Origin: an uncultured Alphaproteobacteria bacterium
Lineage (GTDB): Bacteria; Pseudomonadota; Alphaproteobacteria; RF32; CAG-239
Reading direction: 5' to 3'
NCBI GenBank assembly: GCA_944391485.1
Contig: CALXTQ010000018.1
Coordinates: 22,619-86,618, forward strand
DNA length: 64,000 bases
The notes under the pieces were generated by a model. That model was not told the origin of the DNA. It worked only from the letters and a program-made list of their open reading frames with translations, and made no database searches. Of this stretch, positions 26,216 to 35,236 are shown in pieces; within the stretch, counting starts at the first letter, position 1, and every line of letters begins with the position of its first letter. A program made the translations under genes and the position numbers.

Positions 26216-27796
26216 ATGGCTATCGGCGAAGATTCGGACATTGATTATAAAAAAATTGCCTATTATATCCTGATAGCGCTGGTTGTTCTGTCTGTTCTTT
26301 GGCTGAACTATTGCTCCCTGCGCAAGCATATGTCTTCAAACAGCCAGATTATAACGGATTTTCAGATCACGGAGAAAGAAATGAAAAAAACGCGCGATCC
26401 CGCCGTTGCCGGAATATTTTATACGGGGGACAGGCAGCAGCTTGAGGCGGAGATCGCTCATTACCTTTCCGCGGATTTCAACCGGACTCTGACCCGTCCG
26501 AAAATACTGATTGTTCCCCATGCCGGTTTCAGGTATTCGGCTCCGGTTGCCGCGCAGGCATACCTGCAGCTGAAAAAATATTCCAAAAATATAAAAAACG
26601 TGATTTTGGTCGGGCCGTCGCATCATGTTGCTTTCAACGGTATCGCCGCTTCCGGCGCCGCTTATTTTAAAACGCCTCTGGGGCAGATAGGCGTCAACAG
26701 AGCGCTGATTCGGAAACTTTTGGAAAACAATCCGCATATCGGGGTTTTTGAGCAGGCGCATGAAAAAGAGCACAGTCTTGAAGTACAGCTGCCGTTTTTA
26801 CAAAAGGTGCTGAAAGATTTTAAAATCGTTCCGCTGGTTTACGGGCAGGTGCCGCCGCAGGTTTTGGCCGACGCGCTGCGGCCGTTTTTGGCGGATGACG
26901 GCACCATTATTATTTTCTCCGCCGATTTGTCTCATTATTACAATTATGAAAAAGCCCGGGAGCTTGACGCGGAGACGGCGGATAAAATCCGGAATAAAGA
27001 GGCGGATATCTCCGGTCATATGTCCTGCGGGGCAACGGGGATAAATGCGGCGGTTCTGCTGGCAAAGACAGAACATCTTCGTCCCGAGATGCTGGAAATG
27101 GCCAATTCGGGAGATACGTCAGGCAGCCGGGACAGCGTTGTGGGGTACGGAGCCTGGTCTTTCGGCGCTGATGACGGAACGGAAGCGGAAAAACTGCCGC
27201 CTCTGGAACAGGAAATGCAAAATTTAAAGAATTTTACCCGTTTTTACGGTGACGATCTGCTGAAAATTGCCCGGCGGAGCCTTGAGGAGGCGGTTTTGAA
27301 CGGGAATGAGTATTCGCCCTCCCGTTCCGATTATCCGGACGCGGTTTTCAATAAAGGAGCCGCCTTTGTAACTCTGACCCAAAAAGGCGAGCTGCGCGGC
27401 TGTATCGGCACGGTGGTTCCCAACCAGGCCGTTGCTCTGGATGTTGCCCGGAATACATACGGAGCGGCATTGCAGGACAGCCGTTTTAAGCCCGTGACCA
27501 AAGAGGAGCTGCCGGAGATACGCTTCAGTATCTCGCTGCTGACAAGCTTTGAGCCGATCAGCTTTTCTGGAGAAGAAGATCTGCTGCGGCAGCTGCAGCC
27601 GGGAACAGACGGGCTGATCATCCGCGACGGCGACCGACAGGGACTGTTTCTGCCCTCTGTCTGGGAGCAGCTTCCCGACAGAAAAAGCTTTTTGGAAAAT
27701 CTGAAGCTTAAAGCAGGTTTGAGCCCGAGCTACTGGTCGGACAACATGAAAGTATACCGTTTTAGAACCTTGGAGATTAAAGAAGATGAAAATTAA
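26216..27796 (+). CDS. membrane-anchored fusion of a Memo-like domain (AmmeMemoRadiSam protein B type) and an AMMECR1 domain (protein A type)
   Basis: GGGGAGG RBS, ATG at 26216. TM helix IAYYILIALVVLSVLWLNY. Memo motifs PAVAGIFYTGD, ILIVPHAGFRYSAP, HEKEHSLEVQLPFL, FSADLSHY. AMMECR1 motif GAAFVTLTQKGELRGCIGT ... GLFLPSVWEQ. Confidence 0.75.
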   Translation: MAIGEDSDIDYKKIAYYILIALVVLSVLWLNYCSLRKHMSSNSQIITDFQITEKEMKKTRDPAVAGIFYTGDRQQLEAEIAHYLSADFNRTLTRPKILIVPHAGFRYSAPVAAQAYLQLKKYSKNIKNVILVGPSHHVAFNGIAASGAAYFKTPLGQIGVNRALIRKLLENNPHIGVFEQAHEKEHSLEVQLPFLQKVLKDFKIVPLVYGQVPPQVLADALRPFLADDGTIIIFSADLSHYYNYEKARELDAETADKIRNKEADISGHMSCGATGINAAVLLAKTEHLRPEMLEMANSGDTSGSRDSVVGYGAWSFGADDGTEAEKLPPLEQEMQNLKNFTRFYGDDLLKIARRSLEEAVLNGNEYSPSRSDYPDAVFNKGAAFVTLTQKGELRGCIGTVVPNQAVALDVARNTYGAALQDSRFKPVTKEELPEIRFSISLLTSFEPISFSGEEDLLRQLQPGTDGLIIRDGDRQGLFLPSVWEQLPDRKSFLENLKLKAGLSPSYWSDNMKVYRFRTLEIKEDEN

Positions 27797-29498
27797 TGGT
27801 TATGAGATAGCGCTCAGCGAAGCGGAACTTGATGACATTATTAACAATAAAATGCGTAAGGTAGAACTGATCGGCCGCGATTTTGAAGGCTATAAAAATT
27901 TGACGGAAGGAAACAAAAAAGCGCTTGAGCATCTGGTTGCCGCCGCTCGGTATTTTACGGACGTTGCCCTGGAACAAGACCATGAATTGAATCTGTCTAT
28001 GAAAAAGGCTTTGGAGGAAGCGGCTCCCGCCAGCAGTCATGCCGCCAAGGCACTGAAGCTGTTTACGTCTTTTCAGGGAGTAGAGGGACACAACGGCATA
28101 GATCTTGAACCGGTGGAAATTTTCAGGGGCATCAAAGGCAGCAAAGGTCGGAATTTTTATCCTGCGGATCTTGGCGTCGAGGAGTTTCACAGTATCATCA
28201 GCCGGATGCTGGATGAGGGAAAGACCGAAGAGGTTAGGAAAATTCTCAGCCCGCGCACGATGGTCCGCCGCAGCGGCAGCGAACTGAAGGCTATAGATTA
28301 TACCGAATATTTTGCCGCCGCTTTTTCAAAAGCGGCCAACGAACTGGAAGTTGCCGCCCATTATACGACTGACGGGGATTTTAAGGATTATCTGGGCTGG
28401 CAGGCGCAGGCGCTTTTGCAGAACAACGAGGACATGGACATGCTGGCGGACAAACACTGGGCCGTGCTGCAAAACGGAAATCAGCTGGAATTTACGCTGG
28501 GCCGGGAAAGTTATGACGATGAGCTGACCCCGACGGTTTATGACAATCCGGAACTGATCAGAAAGCTGGAAGTCGGAAACATAGAGGTCAACCCCAAAGA
28601 TTCGCTGGGCGTGCGCGTCGGAATCATCAACAAAGAGGGAACGGACCTGATCCTGCGCTTTAAGGAACATATGCCGGAATTGGCCCGGTTGATGCCTTAT
28701 GCCGATAGGTATCATCAGTCCGTTTCGGCCGGAGAGGAATTAAAGCAAACAATGGTGGATGCGGATATTGTGGCTCTGACCGGAGATTACGCGCGCTGCC
28801 GCGGCGCGATCACCACGGCGCAGAATTTGCCCAACAATGATAAACTGTCCGTCAAAACCGGGGGCGGCCGCCGCAATGTTTATCATCGTCAGGTCCGTCA
28901 GTCGATAGACCGGGAACGCAATAAAAAACTGCTGGAAAAACTGGTTTCGCCCGAGCTTCACAAATATTTCGACGTGGAGGCCGATCATCTGTTTGTTATT
29001 GGCCATGAGAACGGGCATTCTCTCGGACCCGACAACGAATATCAGCGGGCATTGGGGCTCTGCAAAAGTACGATCGAGGAAGAAAAGGCCGACGTTGTGT
29101 CGATTTCCTTTATGCCGGAATATGTCAAAGCCGGCGTCATCGATGCCGAAATGCTTAAAAAGATTTACACCACCTGGGTTGCTTTCCGTTTGTTTCTGAA
29201 AGCTCAACCTTTGGAAGCCCATCGTGTCGGCGAGCTGATACATTTCAATTTCCTTCTTGACCGCGGCGCGTTTTATTTTGACGCTGAAAACAAACTGAAA
29301 ATCGACTTTGACAAATTTCACGATGTTGTTTTTGCCATGCTGGCGGAGACTGTGGAAGTACAGCTATCAAAATCGTCGGAAAAAGCAAAAGCTTTTATTG
29401 ATAAATATACAAATTGGGGTAAATATTCCCGTCATATTGCCGAAGTTCAGAAAGAGCTCGGGGTCAGGAATTATATTTGGATTGAGGATCATTTTTAG
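27786..29498 (+). CDS. zinc metallopeptidase, dipeptidyl-peptidase III (M49)-like with HExxH variant
   Basis: VIGHENGHSLGP plus downstream EEEKADV resemble the M49 HExxGH / EExRAE pair in its shortened pentapeptide form. 570 aa. Overlaps the upstream gene by 11 nt. Confidence 0.5.
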   Translation: MKINGYEIALSEAELDDIINNKMRKVELIGRDFEGYKNLTEGNKKALEHLVAAARYFTDVALEQDHELNLSMKKALEEAAPASSHAAKALKLFTSFQGVEGHNGIDLEPVEIFRGIKGSKGRNFYPADLGVEEFHSIISRMLDEGKTEEVRKILSPRTMVRRSGSELKAIDYTEYFAAAFSKAANELEVAAHYTTDGDFKDYLGWQAQALLQNNEDMDMLADKHWAVLQNGNQLEFTLGRESYDDELTPTVYDNPELIRKLEVGNIEVNPKDSLGVRVGIINKEGTDLILRFKEHMPELARLMPYADRYHQSVSAGEELKQTMVDADIVALTGDYARCRGAITTAQNLPNNDKLSVKTGGGRRNVYHRQVRQSIDRERNKKLLEKLVSPELHKYFDVEADHLFVIGHENGHSLGPDNEYQRALGLCKSTIEEEKADVVSISFMPEYVKAGVIDAEMLKKIYTTWVAFRLFLKAQPLEAHRVGELIHFNFLLDRGAFYFDAENKLKIDFDKFHDVVFAMLAETVEVQLSKSSEKAKAFIDKYTNWGKYSRHIAEVQKELGVRNYIWIEDHF

Positions 29499-29500
29499 AA

Positions 29501-30883
29501 ATGTACTATAGTTTTTTTGAGATTTTTTCGATTGGTGTCGGCCCGTCAAGCTCTCACACTGTCGGCCCGATGCGTGCGGCCAAGCGCTATCTTGACAATC
29601 TTCACAAGGCGGAGCTTTTTTCACGGGTTGCGCATGTCGAGATAACGCTTTACGGTTCGCTAGCGCTGACCGGTTTCGGGCATGGCACCGTCAAGGCGAT
29701 TATTTACGGTCTGATGGGGCTTGAGGCGGAGGCGATAGACCCGGAAAAGCCATATGTCGTTGCCGTTGAGAAAGACAAGATCCTCCATCTCGGGCAGGAA
29801 CGGCCGATAGCGTTTGATATCGGCCGCGACGTTGTTTTTGAAAAAGAAACATTTCTGCCGGAACATTCGAACGGTATGCGTTTTAAGGCGTTTGATGCCG
29901 ATGGCGGACTGCTGCTGGAGGAAGTTTACTTCTCGGTCGGCGGCGGCACCATTGCCCGTCAGGACGAAATCTCGCGCCGCATGGAGCGCGAACCCTATGA
30001 TGTTCCCTTCGATTTTGGGTCGGCGAAGGAGCTGCTTGAAATCTGTGAGCGCGAAAACAAGTCTATTGCCGACATTGTCATGATCAACGAATGTTCTCTG
30101 CGTTCTCATGACGAGGTCATGCAGGGGATTATGAAAATCAACCGTGTTATGCAGAATTCAATAGACCGCGGCATGAAGTCGAAAGGAACGCTGCCGGGCG
30201 GACTTGGCGTGCAGCGTCGGGCGCATGAGATTTACTGCCGTCTGGAAGAGAAATTCCGCAACAACGACTATGATCCGCTGCTGATGATCGACTGGATCAA
30301 TCTGTGGGGCTTTGCCGTTGCGGAAGAAAACGCCGCAGGCGGGCAGATTGTAACGGCTCCGACGATGGGATCCGCCGGCATTATTCCGTCGGTCATGCGT
30401 TATTTTGAACGCTTTGCATCCCATAAATCCCTGAACAGCGTTGAAGACGGCATTGTCAAATTTCTGTTGACGGCTTCTGGTATCTGCAGCCTGTACAGGT
30501 CAAATGCCTCCATCTCCGGGGCGGAGGTCGGATGCCAGGGAGAAGTGGGCGTTGCCTGCTCAATGGCGGCGGGAGGTCTGGTGGCGGCCATGGGCGGTAC
30601 GCCGCGACAGATTGAAAATGCGGCGGAAATTGCCATGGAGCATAATCTGGGGCTGACCTGCGATCCGATAGCCGGTTTGGTTCAAATTCCCTGTATTGAG
30701 CGCAACGCGATGGGAGCCGTCAAGGCGGTCAATTCAGCGCGTATCTCCATGAAAGGCGACGGAACGCATTTTGTGCCGCTGGACGAGGTTATCAAAACAA
30801 TGTACGACACGGGCCGCGACATGAACAACAAATATAAGGAAACCTCTCTCGGCGGCCTGGCCGTTAATGTTCCGAACTGCTAA
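29501..30883 (+). CDS. sdaA: L-serine ammonia-lyase, iron-sulfur dependent (single-chain)
   Basis: FSIGVGPSSSHTVGPMRAA N-terminus and the alpha-domain GSAG...CQGEVG...LGLTCDP Cys ligand pattern. Confidence 0.9.
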   Translation: MYYSFFEIFSIGVGPSSSHTVGPMRAAKRYLDNLHKAELFSRVAHVEITLYGSLALTGFGHGTVKAIIYGLMGLEAEAIDPEKPYVVAVEKDKILHLGQERPIAFDIGRDVVFEKETFLPEHSNGMRFKAFDADGGLLLEEVYFSVGGGTIARQDEISRRMEREPYDVPFDFGSAKELLEICERENKSIADIVMINECSLRSHDEVMQGIMKINRVMQNSIDRGMKSKGTLPGGLGVQRRAHEIYCRLEEKFRNNDYDPLLMIDWINLWGFAVAEENAAGGQIVTAPTMGSAGIIPSVMRYFERFASHKSLNSVEDGIVKFLLTASGICSLYRSNASISGAEVGCQGEVGVACSMAAGGLVAAMGGTPRQIENAAEIAMEHNLGLTCDPIAGLVQIPCIERNAMGAVKAVNSARISMKGDGTHFVPLDEVIKTMYDTGRDMNNKYKETSLGGLAVNVPNC

Positions 30884-30971
30884 GGGAAAACTCATAAAAA
30901 CCGCTTGCTAAAACCGCGGAATTAGCCTTTAATGACAGCAAGAAAAAGTTTTTATTGCTGGACGGATTAAT

Positions 30972-31340
30972 ATGTTTAAAAAAATGCTGGATGGCGAATT
31001 GACGTTGAAGGATACGTTCTGGAAGTTCGGAATTGTGGGCATTTTTTTTCTGCACCTGTTGTTGCGTATTTTTGGCAGCATGCTTGCCCAAAAACTAAAC
31101 GGCGTTACGATCCTGAACTATTATCGTACATATTTTAACCCACTGAAAATGGATACGGGTATGGTTTTGCTGACGGTGATTTATCTGGTTTTACTGGGAA
31201 TTTTTATCTTTTACTGCATCAGCGTGATGATAGGAACATGGCGCAGTTCTGCCCAGTATGAGCGCAGTTTGTGGCTGCGGCATATTTCGCGTCTGGTAAT
31301 GGCAGCCATCGTCTTTTTCAGTTTGACTTCGGTTTTTTAA
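30972..31340 (+). CDS. small membrane protein
   Basis: 122 aa with three hydrophobic helices. Confidence 0.45.
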   Translation: MFKKMLDGELTLKDTFWKFGIVGIFFLHLLLRIFGSMLAQKLNGVTILNYYRTYFNPLKMDTGMVLLTVIYLVLLGIFIFYCISVMIGTWRSSAQYERSLWLRHISRLVMAAIVFFSLTSVF

Positions 31341-31345
31341 GGAAT

Positions 31346-31507
31346 ATGACTATGAAAAAATTGTTTTTACTGATTTGTCTGTTTACGTTATTCGGATGCA
31401 AAGTCGGAGATTTTCCCGAAAACCGCACCCGGCTGCATGAAATGGGACATGAGCGGGATATCTGCGACCGCCAGCCGGATCGCTGCATAAAAGGCGTTCA
31501 GTGGTAG
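31346..31507 (+). CDS. small lipoprotein
   Basis: AAGGA RBS. MTMKKLFLLICLFTLFGC lipobox. The upstream part of the track ORF overlaps the preceding gene. Hairpin ATCCGGAAAA/TTTTCCGGAT downstream. Confidence 0.45.
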   Translation: MTMKKLFLLICLFTLFGCKVGDFPENRTRLHEMGHERDICDRQPDRCIKGVQW

Positions 31508-31876
31508 ACTAAATCGACATATCTTGTTTTGTTATCCGGAAAATCTTTTTCCGGATAAATTTTTATCAAATAGCCTGATGACAACAAAGTTTCTGCAGTT
31601 GAATTTTTTCCATTTATTTCTGATTATTAGTTGTTTCCGGTAATAAAAGCCTATTCCAAGAGCTCAGTCATGCAGATTGCCCAAAAAAAATTGAGACCAA
31701 TCAATTATTGACAATAAAATAAGTTGGATTTATCATAATAAGGTGGTGAGTGATGAAAGATTGAATGTGTTTTATGTGATATCTCTAGAGGTTTCATATT
31801 TTTAAGGCAATGCTAGTCTGATTTATCACCGCCTCATTAAAGCAGGTTTCGGTTTAAACTTTGGCGAGGTGATATT

Positions 31877-34273
31877 ATGATAAATTTCAAAAAATTTATT
31901 TTGTTTTTAGGCTGGGGAATGCTTATTTGTATTTCCCGATCAGAAGCGAATATTGCTTCGCCCACATTAGACACACACACGAACACACCTATCGAACTGA
32001 AACCTGCGCCTCTGAACAATTCCTATCAGCTGGCGTCGGTCTGTTTTGCCGGGTCAGGAAACTGCGCCGATGATTCCGGCTTCTCTTCAAGTAAGGAAGG
32101 TTACAACGCCTCCGAAGAATGTAAGAAAAGCGGTTTTAGCACAACTTCCTGCGGACAGAACATCAGCGTTCTGAGCGCAACGGTCAAGACCGCCCCTGCC
32201 GGCAAATGTCCGTTCATGGACGGCTTTTATAAGGAATGCTGTGTCGATTCTGCCGTCAACGAGACCCAGTGTCTCGGCGGCTCTTATGCCCTTCGTTCCT
32301 GCGCCTCAACCAGAAACAAGGTCTGCGTCTGCAATACCGGCAAATACAAATATATTGCCAATGCCAGTCAGGTCAGCAGCCCGAGCATCTATTCGGGCAG
32401 CGGCATTCAGACCTGCGCCTATCCGCATGTTCTGGACGGCGACACCTGTAATGCGCAGAACTATTACAAAGACGGTTCGCGTCTGAACTCAAGCACGACG
32501 ATCACATTGTATTCGGCTTGTACCTGTCCGTCGGAATATTCGGAGACTTGTCCGTCGCCGCAGGTAGGCGTCGGAGCGGAATGCGACGGCAAATATATGT
32601 CATGCAAATGTCCGGAGAGGTTCCAGTCCTGCCAGTACGGGGGAACGACCAACGCGGAAAGATGTTCGATCGGCGGCGGGGATTTCTACACGGAATGTAA
32701 GACGCTGAAAGACTATTGCGCGGGTCTGGGCTTTGAATCGAATATATGCAGCGAGACCGAAGCGGAACAGATGGGAGCCTCAAATTATTACTGTCCGGAA
32801 AGCACGTCGTTCTGCAAACTGACCTGCCGGACGGAAATGCTGATGACTAAAAATTATGACGAGGACGATTCCGGCGTCATCTTCAGCAAACGCTCGCCGA
32901 CAACGGCATATGTTCTCGGCAATATGAACATGCCGATATCCAACAGCAAGAACTCCGGAGCGGACTATAATACGGTCAACGGCCCGGCGAGCCTGACATC
33001 ATTCTCAAAATGTAAGGGATTGGCAACGCCGACGGTAACGGCAAACCTGTCGAACAGCGCGAACTCGCTGAATAAGACGTTGAACAATCTTAACGTCAAG
33101 ACATTGGGTTCATCCTCGTCGAGCCGTTATAAAATCAACAAGAACGCGACCTGGACGAATGTTCGTTTCAGCAGCTCGAATAAGCCGTATATCCAGATCG
33201 ACAGCGGCGGTAATGTAAATATCAAGGACAGCACGACGTTCTATTCCAGCTCGTATGCGCCAGACTTTACAATAAACTCGGGAGGCAAGCTGTATTTGTA
33301 CGGCCCGACGAGTGGCAGTGCGCAGAAATCGTCAACGATTACGGCAAACTCTGGGTCTAACCTGTATGCCTACAAGAATCTGAACCTGGGAACCGTTAAA
33401 TTGGGAACGAGCTTCTCTTTAGGATCCGGTACCTTTACATATAGTTCGTTCAATGTCAACAGCGGCGGATCTCTGACCTTGAACAGCGGCGCAAATATTA
33501 ATACAAGAGAAAAAATATATGTTAACTCGGGCGGTAAGTTATATGCGTCCAGCGGGTCAAAGCCTTATAATATTGAAGTTAAAAGTGGCGGTTATGCCTC
33601 GCTGTCGAGCGTTTCTCTGAAAGACATGTTTGTTGTTCAGAAGGGCGGGGAAGGTGTTCTCTATTCTTCAACGGTTCCTTATGCCTATGCTTATGGAAAC
33701 CTGAAGCTGGAATATGGAAATACCGTCAATGATTTGAAAGTATATAACGGCGGTGCCGCGCATGTAACAGCGGGAGGCAATACGATTAAAACGGCATATG
33801 TCGGCTATGGCAACACGAGCTACATTTCCTCAACATCTATTGCCAACCTGTATGTATACGACAACATAACCACAACAATTACAACTGCGAAAGTATATCC
33901 GTATTCAAAAATAAAAATGAATCAGGGTTCAACAACATATTTTACGAATGTTACGCTTTATGGAACGCCGAAACCGTCAGATTGTTCATCCAAAAAGGAA
34001 ACGCGTTTGGGTAACTTGTGTGCATACAAAGACAGTAATGTCTCATACAAAGGAGATATGCGGACATATAATTCCCGCATGTATCACATCAACTGCGGTG
34101 AGATTAGAGGTGATGGCGGTGCTAACGGAGGGTTGAATTGGGGCAAGAAAACCGATAACAACCGTAACGGTTGGGCTAATGACAGCTTCCATGGATCATC
34201 AACCGGCTGTGATAATGACCGTCTGTATGGCAAGTCATGGAGTTACAGCACCCTGAAAACTTATGGAGGATAA
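31877..34273 (+). CDS. large secreted protein: signal peptide, Cys-rich N-terminal region, Gly/Ser/Asn-rich beta-helix-like repeat region, conserved C-terminal module
   Basis: GAGGTGA RBS. Signal MINFKKFILFLGWGMLICISRSEA. About 27 Cys between residues ~55 and ~330 by my count. Repeats INSGGKLYLYG / VNSGGSLTLNSG / VNSGGKLYASSG / VKSGGYASLSS / QKGGEGVLYSS / YNGGAAHVTAGG. Terminator at 34287-34323. Confidence 0.7.
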   Translation: MINFKKFILFLGWGMLICISRSEANIASPTLDTHTNTPIELKPAPLNNSYQLASVCFAGSGNCADDSGFSSSKEGYNASEECKKSGFSTTSCGQNISVLSATVKTAPAGKCPFMDGFYKECCVDSAVNETQCLGGSYALRSCASTRNKVCVCNTGKYKYIANASQVSSPSIYSGSGIQTCAYPHVLDGDTCNAQNYYKDGSRLNSSTTITLYSACTCPSEYSETCPSPQVGVGAECDGKYMSCKCPERFQSCQYGGTTNAERCSIGGGDFYTECKTLKDYCAGLGFESNICSETEAEQMGASNYYCPESTSFCKLTCRTEMLMTKNYDEDDSGVIFSKRSPTTAYVLGNMNMPISNSKNSGADYNTVNGPASLTSFSKCKGLATPTVTANLSNSANSLNKTLNNLNVKTLGSSSSSRYKINKNATWTNVRFSSSNKPYIQIDSGGNVNIKDSTTFYSSSYAPDFTINSGGKLYLYGPTSGSAQKSSTITANSGSNLYAYKNLNLGTVKLGTSFSLGSGTFTYSSFNVNSGGSLTLNSGANINTREKIYVNSGGKLYASSGSKPYNIEVKSGGYASLSSVSLKDMFVVQKGGEGVLYSSTVPYAYAYGNLKLEYGNTVNDLKVYNGGAAHVTAGGNTIKTAYVGYGNTSYISSTSIANLYVYDNITTTITTAKVYPYSKIKMNQGSTTYFTNVTLYGTPKPSDCSSKKETRLGNLCAYKDSNVSYKGDMRTYNSRMYHINCGEIRGDGGANGGLNWGKKTDNNRNGWANDSFHGSSTGCDNDRLYGKSWSYSTLKTYGG

Positions 34274-34286
34274 TAGCTGACTAGAT

Positions 34287-34323
34287 AAAAAAACGGACAT
34301 TGCAAGGCAGTGTCCGTTTTTTG
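34287..34323 (+). terminator. rho-independent terminator of the large secreted-protein gene
   Basis: Stem ACGGACA/TGTCCGT followed by T6. Confidence 0.65.
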
Positions 34324-34324
34324 T

Positions 34325-34959
34325 TATGCTAAAGCGGGAGGCGAGGCTTACATTTCTTCCGGAAATGTCGAGACTGTCAGGGCTTATGGCAATGTCCAAT
34401 TGTCTTCGGCAAATATCGGCAACTTCTATACCTATGCCGGTGGCCGAGGTCATGCAACTACCGGAACCACGACAATTAGAGGCCTTTTGGCTCTAGGTGA
34501 GGGGTCCACTAGATATTCGTCTTATTCATTCTTTTACGTATATCAACAGGCCAATCTAAAAGTTAACGGTACAACATACATTAACCCGCGTTCCAAACTG
34601 AGAATGAATGCAGATTCTTATACAACCTTTGGCGGAGACATTGTTATGTATGTCCTGATGGTGCGGATAGAAATTATGACTGCGGTAATATGTGTGCCTA
34701 TGATAAATGGAACAATGCAAAATATAAAACCAGATGCTACGGTTTTGGACAGGAAATTGAAAAAGGCATGCGTATGTTCTATCTGAATGCCGGAGATAAC
34801 CCCTGGTCAATCGCTAATGACGGCGGCTGGAATAAAAATACCGATAACAACCGCCATGGCTGGGCCGGATACGGTTCTGTTAACAGCGGACCGTGTAACA
34901 AGGGATCTTTGAATGAAAAGTACTGGTATTACAGTGATTTGAAAGGACTTAATTCTTAG
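34325..34959 (+). pseudogene. 5'-truncated, frameshifted paralogue of the C-terminal ~210 residues of the 31877-34273 protein (orphan C-terminal cassette)
   Basis: Two track ORFs (34310-34786, 34690-34959) in different frames together align to the upstream C-terminus: AGGEAYISS/KGGEGVLYSS, AYGNVQL/AYGNLKL, NPRSKLRMNADSYTTF/YPYSKIKMNQGSTTYF, NMCAYDK/NLCAYKD, GGWNKNTDNNRHGWA/GGLNWGKKTDNNRNGWA. The frame switches near 34650. No RBS or start at the homology boundary. Confidence 0.55.
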
Positions 34960-34972
34960 CCGTTAGCCTCTT

Positions 34973-35006
34973 GAAGCCCCGTCGATGACGGGGCTTCTTT
35001 TTTTTG
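34973..35006 (+). terminator. strong rho-independent terminator
   Basis: 11-bp stem GAAGCCCCGTC/GACGGGGCTTC followed by T8. Confidence 0.75.
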
Positions 35007-35236
35007 TATATCTTATAGAAAGCTCCGGATTTTACTCGAATCTCAGAGGTGTTAGGCAGTATCGGTAAGCGCAGTCAAACCGTAAGCTTTGCTGCTATTA
35101 TAGCCTCCGGTCTACCGGAAGATGAAAACTCCGAAAGAACAATTCCTCTCCGCCGGTGTCGTTCGGGCCATAAAAAAAGCCTCAAATGAGGCTTGAACAA
35201 ACATAAAACACTTTGATGTCTTCTGTCAGGACATCG

